DNA of 64,000 nucleotides. It comes from Eledone cirrhosa. Taxonomy: Eukaryota. The first letter of the stretch is position 1. Every line of letters begins with the position of its first letter. A program made the translations under genes and the position numbers. The DNA lies in contig OZ024741.1 of the NCBI GenBank assembly GCA_964016885.1, positions 286,316,001 through 286,380,000 on the forward strand, given 5' to 3'. Below the pieces are notes generated by a model that saw only the letters and a program-made list of their open reading frames with translations, was not told the origin of the DNA and did not search any database. Shown piece after piece: positions 1-13,749 of this stretch.

Positions 1-2744
1 TAGAGAGAAATAGAACAGAGGTAGAACTAGTTAGAAAATTAGACGAGGCGCTTAGCAAAGACATTGCGACCGACGTACTTGCGGCAAAATTGGCCCTTGA
101 CCAATTCTTCAATGCAAAGCACGAAGGCTGCGTTGTCAGAGCTAGGGTGCGTGCTCCCAGACACGAGGGGACGAAAGCCGTTCAATGGGCCCGAGTGGCG
201 GAGGCGCGTTGTGGCAACAAAGCCATCATCCGGTCTTTGGTGGAACACGACGGGTGCATGCTACTCGATCCGGGCAAATGTGTGAAGCTTTTCAGCGACA
301 CTTCGCTCAGCTGTTCGGGAGCAGCGGTGGGCCGGATCGAGGGATGGATTTTAGTGTCTACCTCGACGGACTGCCGCGGCTCTCGGTCACTGAGGCGAAG
401 TGTTGTGAAAAGCCGATAACAGCCGCTGAAGTACGGGAGGTAATGACTGGCTGCACAAGGGGTAAATCGCCTGGTTTGGATGGTCTGCCCTATGAACTTT
501 ACGTAGAGACGCCAGAATTGTTCGGAGGCCTCTTGGCAGACGTCTAGTGCAACTGTCAACAGAACGGGAGAATTTCCAGCTCTGTGAGCCGAGGAGCGGT
601 GGCGCTGCTGAGAAAGGATCCGAACAAGGGAGATAACATAGATAATTTCAGGCCCATAACTCTGCCAAACACAGAGTTCAAGATTTTGGCCAATGTGCTA
701 GTAAAGAGGTTGGCGCTTGTCGTTGGTGGTCTAGTGGGAGAGGCGCAGATATGCGCTATTCCAAACAGATCCATCCACGACAACCTCTACCTCATACGAT
801 ACATCGTGGAGAGGGTAGCTAGGGAACCTGGCACAGGTGTGTCTTTGATCAATTTAAATCAGTCGAAAGCTTTCGATAGGGTCGACCATCGTTATCTGGC
901 GGCAGTCCTGGGGGCAACTGGCTTTGGGCCCGTCTTCAGAGGCTGGATCAATGACATCTGCTCTGTGGTGAGAGTGAACGGTCATCTTTCGGAACCGTTC
1001 ACCATCATGCGCTATGTCCACCAAGGATGTCCCCTCTCACCCCTCTTGTACGTATTGTCTCTCGAGCCATTACTGCACAAACAGGAGACGTTGAGAGGGG
1101 TCCCGCGCGAACTAGGATGCGGAAGATCCGTGTCAGCATATGCGGACGATGTCACCGTAGTGGTGTCGAACGCCAAACACATCGAGGCGATCGGCATTAC
1201 ACTAAGAGAATACGAAGCGGTGACAGGAGCAATAATCAACCATGAAAAGTCGGTGGGCCTGCATCTCGGCACCTGGAGAGGCAGGTCCATGCCGCCCAAC
1301 AGCGTCGTCGGGCGCTGGACGGACGGACCGGTTAAATTGCTAGGGTTCTGGTTCGATCCGGACCCCCAAACGGACAAAAACTGAGATGAGGTGACGAGCA
1401 GGGTGGCTTCTCTCACCCAGAAATGGGCAGAGAGGAAGCTATCCCTGAAAGGTCGAGCTGAGAAGGCGAATGCGTACATCGCGTCCGTCATCTACTACCT
1501 CCTGACCGTCGTCACTTGTCCTAAGCCTCGCCTGACTGCGTTGGAGTGTTTTCTCTTTCGCTTTTTGTAGAAGGGACGCGCTCCGATGGTCAGGCGGCCC
1601 ATCTGCTGTCAACACCCGCTACGGGGAGGGCTGGGCATGCCGTGGCTGATGATGCGCAGACACGCGCTCAGGCTACGACATCTCCACCTCTTCCTCGATG
1701 GTGATCAGGTGTGGTCGCCGTTTGCTAGACGCGTCTTTCCCCAGCTCGTCTCCTTGACGGAGCTGCAGTCCTGGGTCAAGCGAAGACCGAGAGGAAGCGC
1801 TTGGAGACTGGAATGTCTTCAGGCGCTCACAGCCCTCGACCAATCGGGCAATGTGATCGGTGGAAACTCCACTTCGGCGTTCTATAGAGGATTAGTGTAG
1901 GGGAAGAGCGACGACGTACTTGGGGAAACTCTAGGCGTCGACGAAAATCAACTAGCCAATCTCTTCGGAAGAACTTTCGGGCCGGGGCCTATGGTCAACT
2001 TCCAGAAATCCCTGGCCTGGCAGTCCTACCGAGGATATTTGCCAGTTCGGGATAAACTCTACAGGCATGGAGGTGCCGTCAGCCGGACATGTCCGAGATG
2101 CGCGCATGGCGACGAAACCGTCCTGCACGCACTCGTCCAATGTCCCAGCATTGCTGACTTGTGGGTTTATGTCGAACACCTGCTGTCGCGTGTAGGACGG
2201 ATCTGGCTATCAGCTGAGTCCATCGTGAGGATTGCCCCGCCCTCTTCCTTTAGACGGGAAGGGCACACAGTTTTCATCTGTCTGGTGGCCATGGCGAAAG
2301 GGATAATATGGTGGACACGTTTGAAAGGGCTGAAGACAAGCACTTACCTCTTCGGTGATGCCCTGATTAATTTTTCAAATTTCATTTGAAAAGGAAAATC
2401 AGTGTAGAGAGGGAAGTGCTCTCTTCCCAGCATTTTGTTGAAAGATGGGTGAAAAAAGCAAGAATGGCCCGAGTGAATGGGCCTACTCTGAGCATGTGTC
2501 TGTAAATTAAAGGTGGAAAACTGGGAGAGGGCACTTGCCCTGGTGGTCAGGGTCACTGTGGCCTTTTAATGGGCTTTCTCCACAAATTTCCCTCCGAAGT
2601 CTCCCCCCTATTGGGGAATTTTTCATTGGTATTTTTTATTACATCCTCTGTTTTTGTTTTTTACACGCAGAAATGCCCATTTGTACAGTCCTGTACTGTC
2701 CTTAATATCTACTTTATGTAAACCCTTGTGGTTAATAAAGAAAA

Positions 2745-2745
<1 letters not shown>
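1..2745 (+). mobile_element. Degenerate Tx1/L1-clade non-LTR retrotransposon: ORF2 RT, C-terminal CCHC and 3' UTR; 5' part lies outside the window
   Basis: Frameshifted ORF pieces 185-547 (GKSPGLDGLPYELY), 584-1384 (NFRPITL, KAFDRVDH, QGCPLSPLLY, YADD), 1586-1900 (GGLGMP) and 1991-2389 (CPRC..ETVLHALVQC). AATAAA near 2734. Confidence 0.9.

Positions 2746-2797
<52 letters not shown>
2746..2797. repeat. (ATT)n microsatellite; tail or target of the adjacent minus-strand R4/Dong element
   Basis: Perfect trinucleotide run between two tail-to-tail LINE 3' ends. Confidence 0.95.
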
Positions 2798-2798
<1 letters not shown>

Positions 2799-5700
2799 AG
2801 TTGCATTTATCTTGCTTTATGTTCATACGAGTTATCACCAAGTCACAACCAGTGACCTCAAGAGACAACAAGGTCCGCCATGTTCAAGAAAGAACATACA
2901 TACACACACATGCATCTTTAGGTGTTTAGACTTGTGATGTACTTATATTAACAGAATCTTCCTTAGTATATGGGCAGTTCCCATTAGTACTATCTTTTGT
3001 ATTTCTCCTATACACGGATTTCCTGGGATTTGCGATAAGTAATCATTAGACCCCTTAGGTATCATTCCTAGAGCGCCTACAACCACTGGTATTGTTTTAG
3101 TTCTCAATTTCCACATTTTTCCAATTTCTATCTCCAGGTCCTTATACTTGCTCCATTTTTCAAATGTTTTTATAGATACATTCTTGTCTATTGGAATGGA
3201 CATATCAATTAGCAGGCATACCCTCTTTTTAAAGTCCTTCAGTATTATATCAGGTCTATTTGCATCTATTTTTCGGTCTGTTTGGATACTAAAGTGCCAC
3301 AAAATTGAGATGTGATCTTTTTCAAGTATGGGAGGTGGTTGATGCTCCCACCAATTCTTTTGATGGGGCAGGTCAAAATGCTTACACATTATCCAATGAA
3401 TGTATTGTGCAGCTCTGTCATGCCTGTTTAGGTATTCGGTTGGAGCTATAGGACTGCACATTGAAATTATATGATCAATTGTCTCTGGTTGTTTTTTACA
3501 TACACGGCATAATGGGTTGCATCCATTTTTTATTATGTTGGCTTGGTAATTTTTTGTTGGCAGACACTGATCTTGTGCTGATATATAATCAGTCCTTCAG
3601 TCTCCGATTTTAGTTCAGAGGATGCCAACCACTGATGGGTTAAAGTTTTGTCAACATCAGGATTGTTAGCTCTTTCTGGGTATTTTCCATACAGAGGCTT
3701 TTCTTGCCATTTCTTAGCCAGTTTCTGTAGCAGTTCTTTCTTTGCAGTTACTTTTACCTGCTTTGCCTTTTCTGTATTTTTCATTTCAGCAGTAAATGGA
3801 ACTTCTGAAATTTGTAGTCCATTACTGTATCTTTGTGCATCTTTTGTAATGGAGTATGATCTTTTGATGCTTTCGTGTTTCAAAACGAGTTTGACCATCC
3901 AATCATGTGATTCCCTTAGATATGTAGATAATCCAATTGTTGCAGTTTTCAACGCAATAGCTAACTGGATTAACCCACGCCCTCCTTCTTTCCTGTGGAG
4001 ATATATTCTATCTGTATCTGCCTTAGGGTGATGCATTCTGTACATGGTTAAGAATTTTCTAATTTTTGTATCGAGCCTACGAATCTCTGTGCTTGACCAG
4101 TTGATGACATTGTAACTGTAGGTTACTACTGGTATGGCAAGCGTGTTCATGGCATCGATCCTATTCCTTGCATTCAATTCCGTTCTTAAGATTGCTCTTA
4201 CTCTGCGGTAACATTCCTTCCTTATCCTTTCCCTCATTGTCGAGTGCTTGATTCCGTCTCCTTCACAAACACCTAGATATTTGTAAGTTTCCTCTTGATC
4301 AATTTTTTTATCACATTCCCCCGATCAAGATTAATGTCTGAACTTTTCAGCAGCTTTCCTCTGGTGAACGTTGTTTGGCGCATTTATCTAGTCCAAACTC
4401 CATTTTAATATCATCACTGAACTGCTCCACACTGGATAATAGCCCTTGCAATTGTTCATCATTTTTTGAAAATAGTTTCAGATCATCCATGTAGAACAAG
4501 TGATTAATGGTTTTGTCATAGACTTTATATCCGTGTTTTGTTTCATTGAGCATTTTACTGAATGGTATAAGTGCGATGCAGAATAAAAGCGGTGATAAAG
4601 AGTCACCCTGAAAAATTTCACAATTAATATTAACTTCTCCATCTTCCAGTGATTTTTTTTTTCACTATTCAAAAGGAGTGTCGTTTTTCATGTCTTCATA
4701 CTGAATGACAGGAACCTCCTGACAACGGGAGATATTTTGAAAATCTCTAAACATTTTTCAATCCAACTGTGTGGCAAACTATCGAATGCTTTTTTATAAT
4801 CTATCCAAGCAATTGATAGATTTTTGTGTCTATTATGACCAGCTTCCAGTATCATTTTGTTAACCAAAAGCTGATCTTTACAGCCATATGAGCCTCGTTT
4901 ACACCCTTTCTGCTCATTGGGAAATAGATCATTTGTTATCAGGTGGTCATATGTATATTCAGTTAGGACTGATGTTAAAATTTTATACATTGTGGTCAAG
5001 CAAGTTATCGGTCTGTAATTTTTGTGATTGTTTGTCTCATCATTCTTCGGAAGCAGGAATGTAATGCCGTTAACTAGCCATGATGGTATCTTTTCTGGCT
5101 CCTTAACTATTTCATTGTAAAGTTGGGTTAACAGCTCATGAGACTCTGTGAATGCATTTATCCAAAAATTTGATATTTTGTCTTTTCCTGGGGATTTCCA
5201 TTTGCTGGTTTTTCTAAGAGCCAAACGCAACTGTTCAACTGTTATATTTTCCCATATTTGTTCCTCAAGGTGAGCTGTATCTTTCATTTGTCTGTCTATC
5301 CATGGGGCATGTATATTATGAACTTTTTCTTCGGCCCAGATCTTTTCCCAGAATTCTTGCACTTCTTCCTTGAGTGGTATTGATTTAGCAGTTATTGTTG
5401 ACTTGCCAATTTTTCTGTAGAAGTTTCTTTGGTTGTTTTTTAACATATTAATGTCCTTATAGAATCTAGATCGTTTTTCAAAGCGCCTTATACGAGCAGC
5501 TTTGGCCGACACTTTTTGCTTGATTATTTCTATCAGCATATCTATGTCACTTGTTGATTTTATACTGTATTTTCTTTTCAATTTTCTAAGTTTAGTTTGT
5601 TTAACATGTTCACCTACTTTGTAGTTTGTTAAAATTTCTATGTCAGATCGGAAAATGTTTATTTGGCGATTGATGTTCTCTTGCCAAGTAGATTTCTTGT

Positions 5701-6760
5701 GGGAATTCCTTTGTTTTTACATTTTCACTCCACATAAGTGAGTGGTGACTTTAACCGATGCATAATAGAGATGATTTAAATCAGTAATGTTTAGTTTGTT
5801 TGTGATGATAATGTTTTTGAGAATTATGTTAGTCTTGTGTATTATCTTTTGGTTCTGTTTGGAGTTCTGGATCTTCTGGAGAGTGTCTCGTTCCCCCATG
5901 TCAGATTCTTTCATTTTCATCCATTCGATCATAATTTCATCCTTCAAGTTGACAAGTTCATTCTCATTCATTTCTTTATCATTTACGATCTCATTGTTTT
6001 CATTTTGAGTTTCATCTTGAGCATGCACTCCCTCCACTTTTTCGATCCTTTCTTTAATTTGTTCTGTTGTCAGTGATTCCGCCCCAAACCTGGGATTCGA
6101 AGTGTTACAATTTACCTCGTTTTCACTGACACATGTTTCATTTTCTCTTCGCTGACTTTGTGCTAATAGCTTGATCTGATCAATTTCTATATCAGTTAGT
6201 AACTTTTTTTTAACAATATTTCTTCGTTTATTGGCTAGTTTGTTACTGTCAATATAGCCTCTGTTTTCGGGATGTTTCTTTTTCCACTTGATATATGTCT
6301 GTTCTGTATTCGATCTATTTGATGGGTAGTACATGGAAGTGTAGAAAGCCTCAAGGACTTCTTTATTGTCTTCCCTTGACCATTTTTCTCTCTTTTTCTT
6401 TGGATTTCTTGGTGGTGAGCATGGAGGGCCAACAGTTGGAGTATTCCGGTTATGGGAGGTCTCCAGCTCCGAAGTGATGGGAAAGTTTGAACCATTAACT
6501 GATTTTTCGACCCCAGTCTGGTTCCTCTCTGAGGGACGCGGCCCTTTTTGACCCGGGTGACGGCCGATCCGGTATGAGATTTTATCATTTGATATTTACT
6601 TTATTTTGTCGCGTTTTATCCTTAACCGCCAAGGGGTAATCATTTCGTGTTACCACTTCTAGGACGAGTGTCAACCAAGATTAGAGGGGTCATCCTCCCC
6701 TAGAGACACGGCTATTCCCCGCCGGCCGCTATCCCGGTATTTCTTGGTCACGGGGTTTTC
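2798..6760 (-). mobile_element. R4/Dong-like RLE LINE, family A; near full length, multiply frameshifted
   Basis: ORF pieces 6588-6235, 6334-5717, 5581-4688 (KSPGKD, NYRPITCL, DYKKAFDS), 4553-4347 (HLFYMDDLKLF), 4237-3533 (GGRGL) and 3461-2943 (RHD, NRPDI, KYKDL, PVVVGALG). 3' UTR followed by (TAA)n. Confidence 0.92.
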
Positions 6761-6789
6761 TTTTTTGTTGTTTTTTAAATTGTTATTAT

Positions 6790-7730
6790 CATGAGTGGTT
6801 CCTTAATGTGAGCATTGCGTGGCTTAAGAATGAAATTATTATTAATAATATAATATACTTTTTGTTGAAGGTGCCTGTTATTGTTGTTGGCTATGTGGTG
6901 CTGGGGCTTTTTCTATTGTTGGTGGGGAAGGGGGGAGCCAGCAGTGCCATAGTCATTGACGTTTGACCGGGTCACTAAGTCAGTTTATATCTTTTGCTAG
7001 CCTCTCCATTGTCTAGTGGATACCGCAACCTTCCCCTTTCTTAAGTTAACAGAAGGTAGTGGGGGAATAGTGGTGGTAGCAATGAAGGAGTAGTGCCGGC
7101 GGTGATGGGATAGTGGTAACAATAATGGAGTGGTGGCGACGGTGACTATAGTGATGGCGTTGTCGTTACTGAGTTCTGTTGAATAGACTGTAGTAGTATG
7201 CGTTTGTTTGATCTGTGTATCTATGCGGTTTGTCGCGTATGTTTAATATATGTGTTGACATATTCCCTTAATATTTGAATTAAACATTTTGAGAAAACTT
7301 GAGATACAATAATAGTAATTATTATTATTATGCTGGGATTGGTGGTGGTGGTGGTGGTGGTGGTGAAATTGCCGTTACCTGGCTGTTGTATTTAGTTTAC
7401 ACAGAGGGGTGATGGGATAGGTGGTGTATCTAGTTTGTGGTGTTGGTGAAATTGCTGTTATTTGGCTGTTTTATATAGTGTAGACAGAGGGGGTTTTCTT
7501 CCATTTATAACCATTTTCTTTTTTGAATATAAAATTTATAATACAAAATTGAATATTTGAACGATATAACAGGATATTATGGGTTCTCATTTCCTGAGAG
7601 CTAAGCCTGGTGCTTTATGTCCCATTTTTACTACGAATTGTTATATCACAATTGTTTTAAATATGTTAAAAATCAAAAACTTACGGGAGCGATTCCATAA
7701 CACTCTATCCACCACGTGCCTCTTCTTCCC
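6790..7730 (-). repeat. Dispersed ~1 kb segment X, copy 1 (unclassified; possibly a PLE pseudo-LTR or a LINE leader)
   Basis: Colinear similarity to 11870-13005, e.g. aaaacttacgggagcgatt, ccattttctttttgaatata and gtggtggtgaaattgccgtta. Confidence 0.75.
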
Positions 7731-7780
<50 letters not shown>

Positions 7781-7790
7781 GTTATTGCTA
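7731..7790. repeat. (TTA)n microsatellite / LINE tail
   Basis: Visible trinucleotide run. Confidence 0.95.
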
Positions 7791-8173
7791 TTCCTTGAAT
7801 CTCAGTCATTGATGTTGGTTAACTGGAAAGTCCGTTGGATTGAATATCAAGCCACTACCTGCAGCCTCAGATATTCAGGACGTATCGGAGGGTTCTTGCT
7901 GTTCCAAGCAAGCATGCCTTTTGAAGCGTTCCAAAAAGCGTGAAGGGGCCGATTTTCTTTAACCATCCCTGGAAACCTTTGGAGATAGTCCCCAGTGCGC
8001 CTATGACAATCGGGATCACTTTGACTTCATGGCAGTTCCAAATCCTTTTCACCTCCCACTTTAGGTCCTGGTATCGGTTAATTTTCTCCCTCTCCTTCTC
8101 TTGCACTCTCGTGTCGAACGGGCAGGCCACATCCACAATCAGGCACGATCTTTTTTCTTTGTCCACAACCACC

Positions 8174-8175
<2 letters not shown>
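7791..8175 (-). mobile_element. 5'-truncated 3' end of R4/Dong-like family B
   Basis: Near-identical to 8217-8600 (RLE C-terminus ...LGTARTLRYVLNI plus 3' UTR), with (TAA)n on both sides. Confidence 0.93.
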
Positions 8176-8216
<41 letters not shown>

Positions 8217-8219
<3 letters not shown>

Positions 8220-11200
8220 CTTGAATCTCAGTCATTGATGTTAGTTAACTGGAAAGTCCGTTGGAATGAATATCAAGCCACTACCTGCAGCCTCAGATAT
8301 TCAGGACGTATCGGAGGGTTCTTGCTGTTCCCAGCAAGCATGCCTTTTGAAGCGTTCCAAAAAGCGTGAAGGGGCCGATTTTCTTTAACCATCCCTGGAA
8401 ACTTTTGGAGATAGTCCCCAGTGCGCCTATGACAATCGGGATCACTTTGACTTCATGGCAGTTCCAAATTCTTTTTACCTCCCACTTTAAGTCCTGGTAT
8501 CGGTTAATTTTCTCCCTCTCCTTATCTTGCACTCTCGTGTCGAATGGGCAGGCCACATCCACAATCAGACACGATCTTTTTTCTTTGTCCACAACCACAA
8601 GGTCAGGTCTATTGTGTTCCAGTTTCTTGTCTGTCTGTATCCTAAAATCCCACAGCACCTTCACCTGATCGTTCTCCATCACCGCCTCAGAATGTAGTAA
8701 ATTGTTTACTTTGCACAGGTGCCAGTGGATCACCCTGCCCATCACATGATGTCTCCAGCCCTTATAGTGGGTCTGGGCTAGGTGTTTACACTCGGATACA
8801 ATGTGAGCCACAGTCTCCTCTCTCTCTCCACAGATCCTGCACAGTGGGCTAGCCTCCTCCTTGTAAATATGGTGTTTCAACCACTTCGTTTTGAGGGCCT
8901 GCTCCTGCGCAGCCATTAACATTCCTTCTGTAGTCTTTTGGGGGTCTCCTCTTCTCAACCAGTTCCATGTCTGTGGATCTCTAAATTCAGTTTTCTCAAA
9001 GAAGGTACTATGAAGGGATTTTCCCTGAAGGCTGCTCTTTCTCCTTGATGTTATTTCCTCCTTGGACATCCCCTGGCCTATTGTCCCCTCCTTCAGTACA
9101 GTTCTGAGCATTGGCTCCTTACTATCAGTCACGTATTTGTGTAGGTTGTTTTTCTCCATCTGAACACAGTCCTCTATGCTGATAAGACCTCTTCCACCCT
9201 CAGATCTCCTTAGGTAGAGTCTATCGACATCACTCCTCTTGTGGAACATGTTGTAGATAGTCAATAGTTTCCTAGTCTTCCTATCCATTTCTTTTTGTTC
9301 AGCAACATTCCATCTCAGAATTCCCGCACTGTACCTAATAATAGACACAGCTCGGGAATTTACTGCGCTTATGACATTTCTGCTGTTCAGATGTGACTTC
9401 AATACGCTCCTTACTCTCCGAATGTATTCAGTTCTTAACAATTCCTTCATTTTTTTTTGTTCTTTATGCCATCAGCCTCCAGAACGCCCAAATACTTGTA
9501 TCCTTCCTCAGAGTCAATTTCCTTTATCATCTCACCTGTTGGTATCTGGATTCCATTACTTCTGCTCAACCTACCCCTCCTCATCACAATGACTCCACAC
9601 TTACAAATACCAAACTGCATACATATATCACTGCTGAAAATACGGACAGTGTCAACAAGCACATCCAACTCCTTCTCACTCTTCCCGAAGAGCTTAAGAT
9701 CGTCCATGAAGATGAGGTGATTGATGGTAAGCTCTCCCTTTCCCAACTTGTATCCTGCTCTCACTTTTCGCAGCATAATGGTCAGGGGCATCAGGGCAAG
9801 GACAAACAACAGAGGGGACAGGCTATCTCCCTGGAAGATACCTCTCTTGATCTTCACGCTTCCCAAGGATTCTCCAGTTGATGTCAACTCTGTTTCCCAG
9901 GACCTCACACTCCTGCCCAGCAACTGTCTGATGTTATCTGCCACCTTGAAGATCTCCAGGCTTTTGGTGATCCAAGAATGAGGCACCATGTCAAATGCCT
10001 TTCTGTAGTCTATCCATCCCATGGCAAGATCAGTGTGTCTCCTCCTGCAATTCCCCATTACCATCTTATCAATAAGTAACTGGTCCTTTGTACCACGTGA
10101 CTTCTTTCGGCATCCTTTCTGTTCGTCCGGTAACGAGTTGTTTGTTATGGAGGTGATGGTAGATTTCCTCAGACACAATGCTCGTCAACAGTTTCCACAT
10201 TACGGACAGACATGTGATAGGTCTATAGTTGGTAACATCATTACCCTTGATTCGGTCTTTCATTATCAGAACTGTGGTACCTTTTGTCAACCACTCTGGT
10301 ACCTCACCTGACATCAAGCAGTCATTGAACATGGTTGTCAGTTTCGGGTGGAGGGATGTTAAATTTTTAATCCAATTCCCCTGCACACCATCTGGGCCTG
10401 GTGATTTCCAGTTGGTTAGTTTTTTGGCCTGCACCTTAAGAGTTTTAACTGTGATACTCAAATCAGTTTGTTGGTGTGCCTGCTCACCGATCTCCCTCTG
10501 TACTGTCTCAATCCACCCTGCCTGGTCATTATGTCTAACATCCTGCTCCCATATTCCTCTCCAGAACGTTTTAGTTTGTTCCGCCTCAGGGATCAAGTCG
10601 TTGCCTCTTTCTTTCCCCTCAAGCTGTCCAAACAGCATCTTCTGGTTGTTGTCGAACATGCGGTTCTGTTTATACTGACTAACTCTGTTCTCGTATCGCC
10701 TGATTTTTGCACTCTTTGCTACAATGCGTTGCTTCAGTTCCTCTATGATAATATTTAGCTTTTTCCTCCTAGTTTTGTACTTTATTTCCAGTCTATTTTT
10801 AGTGTCTATGTTTTTTAGTGTCCCATTCAGTAGTGAGTCAAGCTTTCCAATGTAATTTCTCATTTCCCTGATTTGACCACTCAGTCGTTTCTTCCACCAA
10901 GGCTCTGCTCTTTCTTGTCTGTTGTTTCCTCTCGCTTTTATACCAAGTAGTTCCCTCACCGTATTTGCTGTTGCTTTGAGGATATTGTTGCACTGGTGAA
11001 GGCTCCTCGCCTCAAGGTATGGGATGACTTTGTTTACCTTAGCTGTTGTTTCTTTTAACTTTTTCCTGTCTACAAGTCTTAGGTTCATAGGTCTCCCACT
11101 ATCCTTGTTCAATTCATCTACCACTAAATTTAGGATGTCAACCGAATCTTGTCCTAGCCCGTCAGCATTCATCTCCTCAGTGGCCGTATCTCTGTTCCAG

Positions 11201-11820
11201 GTATTATTTATCTCAGTATTCAGATCATTGTCTGCTTCGGGTGGTTCCTCCGTTCTCTCGACCTCTTCACCTTCATTTCCCACTGGCTCGTTTGCCTGGC
11301 ATACTCCACCCTCCATCTCCAAGCTAATCTCTCTGCTCAGTTCCTCCAGTTCCAGCTCGCTTATCCACCCATTAGTTCTTATTACCCGAGCCTGCCCGGC
11401 CAATTTTTGTTCATCTAATTTAAATAGACCAATCTCGTTCCAGATGTTATGCATCCGTCTCCTATAGCCCCTCTCCTTGGGGTTACTTTTCAGGTAACAT
11501 TGCATAACAGTTCTATTCAATTCTTTCGTCCAGTTGGTTCTGGTCCCTTTCCTTCTTCTTCTTCCTCCGACACCAGCAGTATTTGGTTGACAGCCAGGTT
11601 CCTGCTGCTGAGCCAGGGAGCACCTTTTGGGTGAGAGTCTGTCACATGACGTTCTAGTCTCCATTTCACCGTTATTCGAACTGTTTAGGTTCGATATTTA
11701 AACACTCTTATCGAGGATTGGCGAATGTATGGTTACATAACCATCTGTGGATTCACCGTCTCCGGTAGATTCACCGTCTCCGGTGGTTGCGCCGCTCCAC
11801 TTGGTTCTTGTGTGGCATTA
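8217..11820 (-). mobile_element. R4/Dong-like RLE LINE, family B; full length with two frameshifts
   Basis: ORFs 11664-10069, 10178-9447 ([21 protein letters not shown]) and 9450-8293 (CRIC..ETVAHIVSEC, NRPDLV, PIVIGALG). One frameshift is at a poly-T run near 9450. (TAA)n tail at 8176-8216. Confidence 0.95.
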
Positions 11821-11869
11821 TCACCACGCTGTAGACGAACACAAATAAACAAACAAACACAGACAGAAA

Positions 11870-13005
11870 AAAACCCAAAAATGAATAAGCATTAGTTTCA
11901 TTGTAATGTAGTGTTCGAATGTCTGACTTAGTTTTTCCCTTCTCTTCTCTGTCCGTGCGCTTGTTTCTCTCTTCATTCTTATTTTCTTTACGTTTTTTTT
12001 TGTTTTTTTTTTTTTCTCTGTTTGTTTTTCTCTTTTTTTGCTGTTGTTGCTGTGCTGCTTTGGTTTTGATGTTTGTTTTTTCTTTTTTCTTTTGAGTCTA
12101 TCTATATATTTTGATGCCTTCCTCTTTTTTAGTAGGAATTCTATAATGTGGTGGCAGCAACTAGCAGGAAGCAATGGGAGAGAATAGCGGCGGTAGCGAT
12201 ACTGAGACAGTGGTGGTCGTGATGTCGATACTGAGGCAGTGGTGGTGGTGATGTGATCGTATTACTGTAGTGATGGTGTTGTAGCGCTGGTAGCAATGAA
12301 GGAGTGGTGGCGGCGGTGATGGGATAGTGGTAGTAATGATGGCAGTGGTGGTGGTGATGTGGTCGTATTACTGTAGTGATGGTGTTGTAGCGGTGGTAGC
12401 AATGAAGGAGTGGTGGCGGCGGTGATGGGATAGTGGTAGTAATGATGGATGGGCGGCGTTGTCGTTACTGATGTCCGTTCGGTGAATCTATGGGGTTAGT
12501 CGCGTATATGTGTTGACATAAATTCCCTTAATGTTGGGATTAAACATTTTTTTAAAACTTGGGACAATAATAATAGTATTTATTATTATCATTATTATGT
12601 TGAGATTGGTTGTGGTGGTGGTGAAATTGCCGTTATCTGGCTGTTGTGTTTAGTGTACACAGAGAGGTGATGGGGTAGGTGGTGTATCTAGTTTCTGCTG
12701 TTGGTGAGATTGGTGTTGTTTGGCTGTTCTATATAGTGTAGACAGAGGAGGGGGGGGGGGTTCTTCTTCCATTTATAGCCATTTTCTTTTTTGAATATAC
12801 AATGTACAATACAAAGTTGAATATTTGAATATTTGAGCCTTATAACAATATATTTCGGGTCCGAATTTTTTGGGGGCTCAAGCCGGATGCTTTACGTAGC
12901 ATTTGTACTAAGAGTTGTTATTTCACAAATGATTTAAATATGTTAAAAATTCAAAACTTACGGGAGCGATTTCATGACCTTCTACCACCTCGTGCACCAG
13001 TTGTC
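11870..13005 (-). repeat. Dispersed segment X, copy 2, with an internal ~110-bp tandem duplication (~12235-12450)
   Basis: Homologous to 6790-7730. Confidence 0.75.
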
Positions 13006-13749
13006 CCAATCATAAATTACAGTTTCAATGTAATATATTGATAATTACATAAAATGTAGAAGCTACATTACAAACCCAGATATTCGCAAATATTCCAATA
13101 AATTTATGGTTTTCCAGCTCTGAGATGTATCGCCACGACTTGGGTATAGAATCTGCCGTTCTATCCCCTTTCCCCCTTACTTTAATGTATTTTTATTTTT
13201 ATGTTTTTATTGCAAATGTTATGTGGTTGAATTGAACTTTGCTGGAAAAAATATTTCGGTCCTAGGTAGGATGTACTTAATATACGCACAGGGGTGAGGA
13301 AGATTGATATAAGCAAATAATTATTTTATAGTAATCACAGTGGGTCTAGAAAAATATGTAGAAACAATCAAAGACAAATTGATTAGTATAACAAAAGCGG
13401 AAAGCAGTAAAACTTTTCTTTATGTACAAGGAAATATTAAATCAATTACAGAAAGTGGGCGGAATGTGTAAGTAAGGAGAAAACGCTGAGAATTACTTTT
13501 TAAAAAATCAAAAATGAAGAGAAAACTCCCTGCACGAGAGGGGAGGATGGAAGTGAGCCAATATGAACTGTTCAGTCTCTGGCCTAAAAGCAGAATCGGG
13601 GTGTTTGATGTCAGTTGCACGAGATCAATGCAAAATAATATAAAACATAAAATATAACACAAGTCTAGCATCACTATACTATGTTAACAAAATAAAGAAA
13701 AAACAATTGGCAGTATAATTTGCGATTACTCAGCACTACGAAAAATAAG

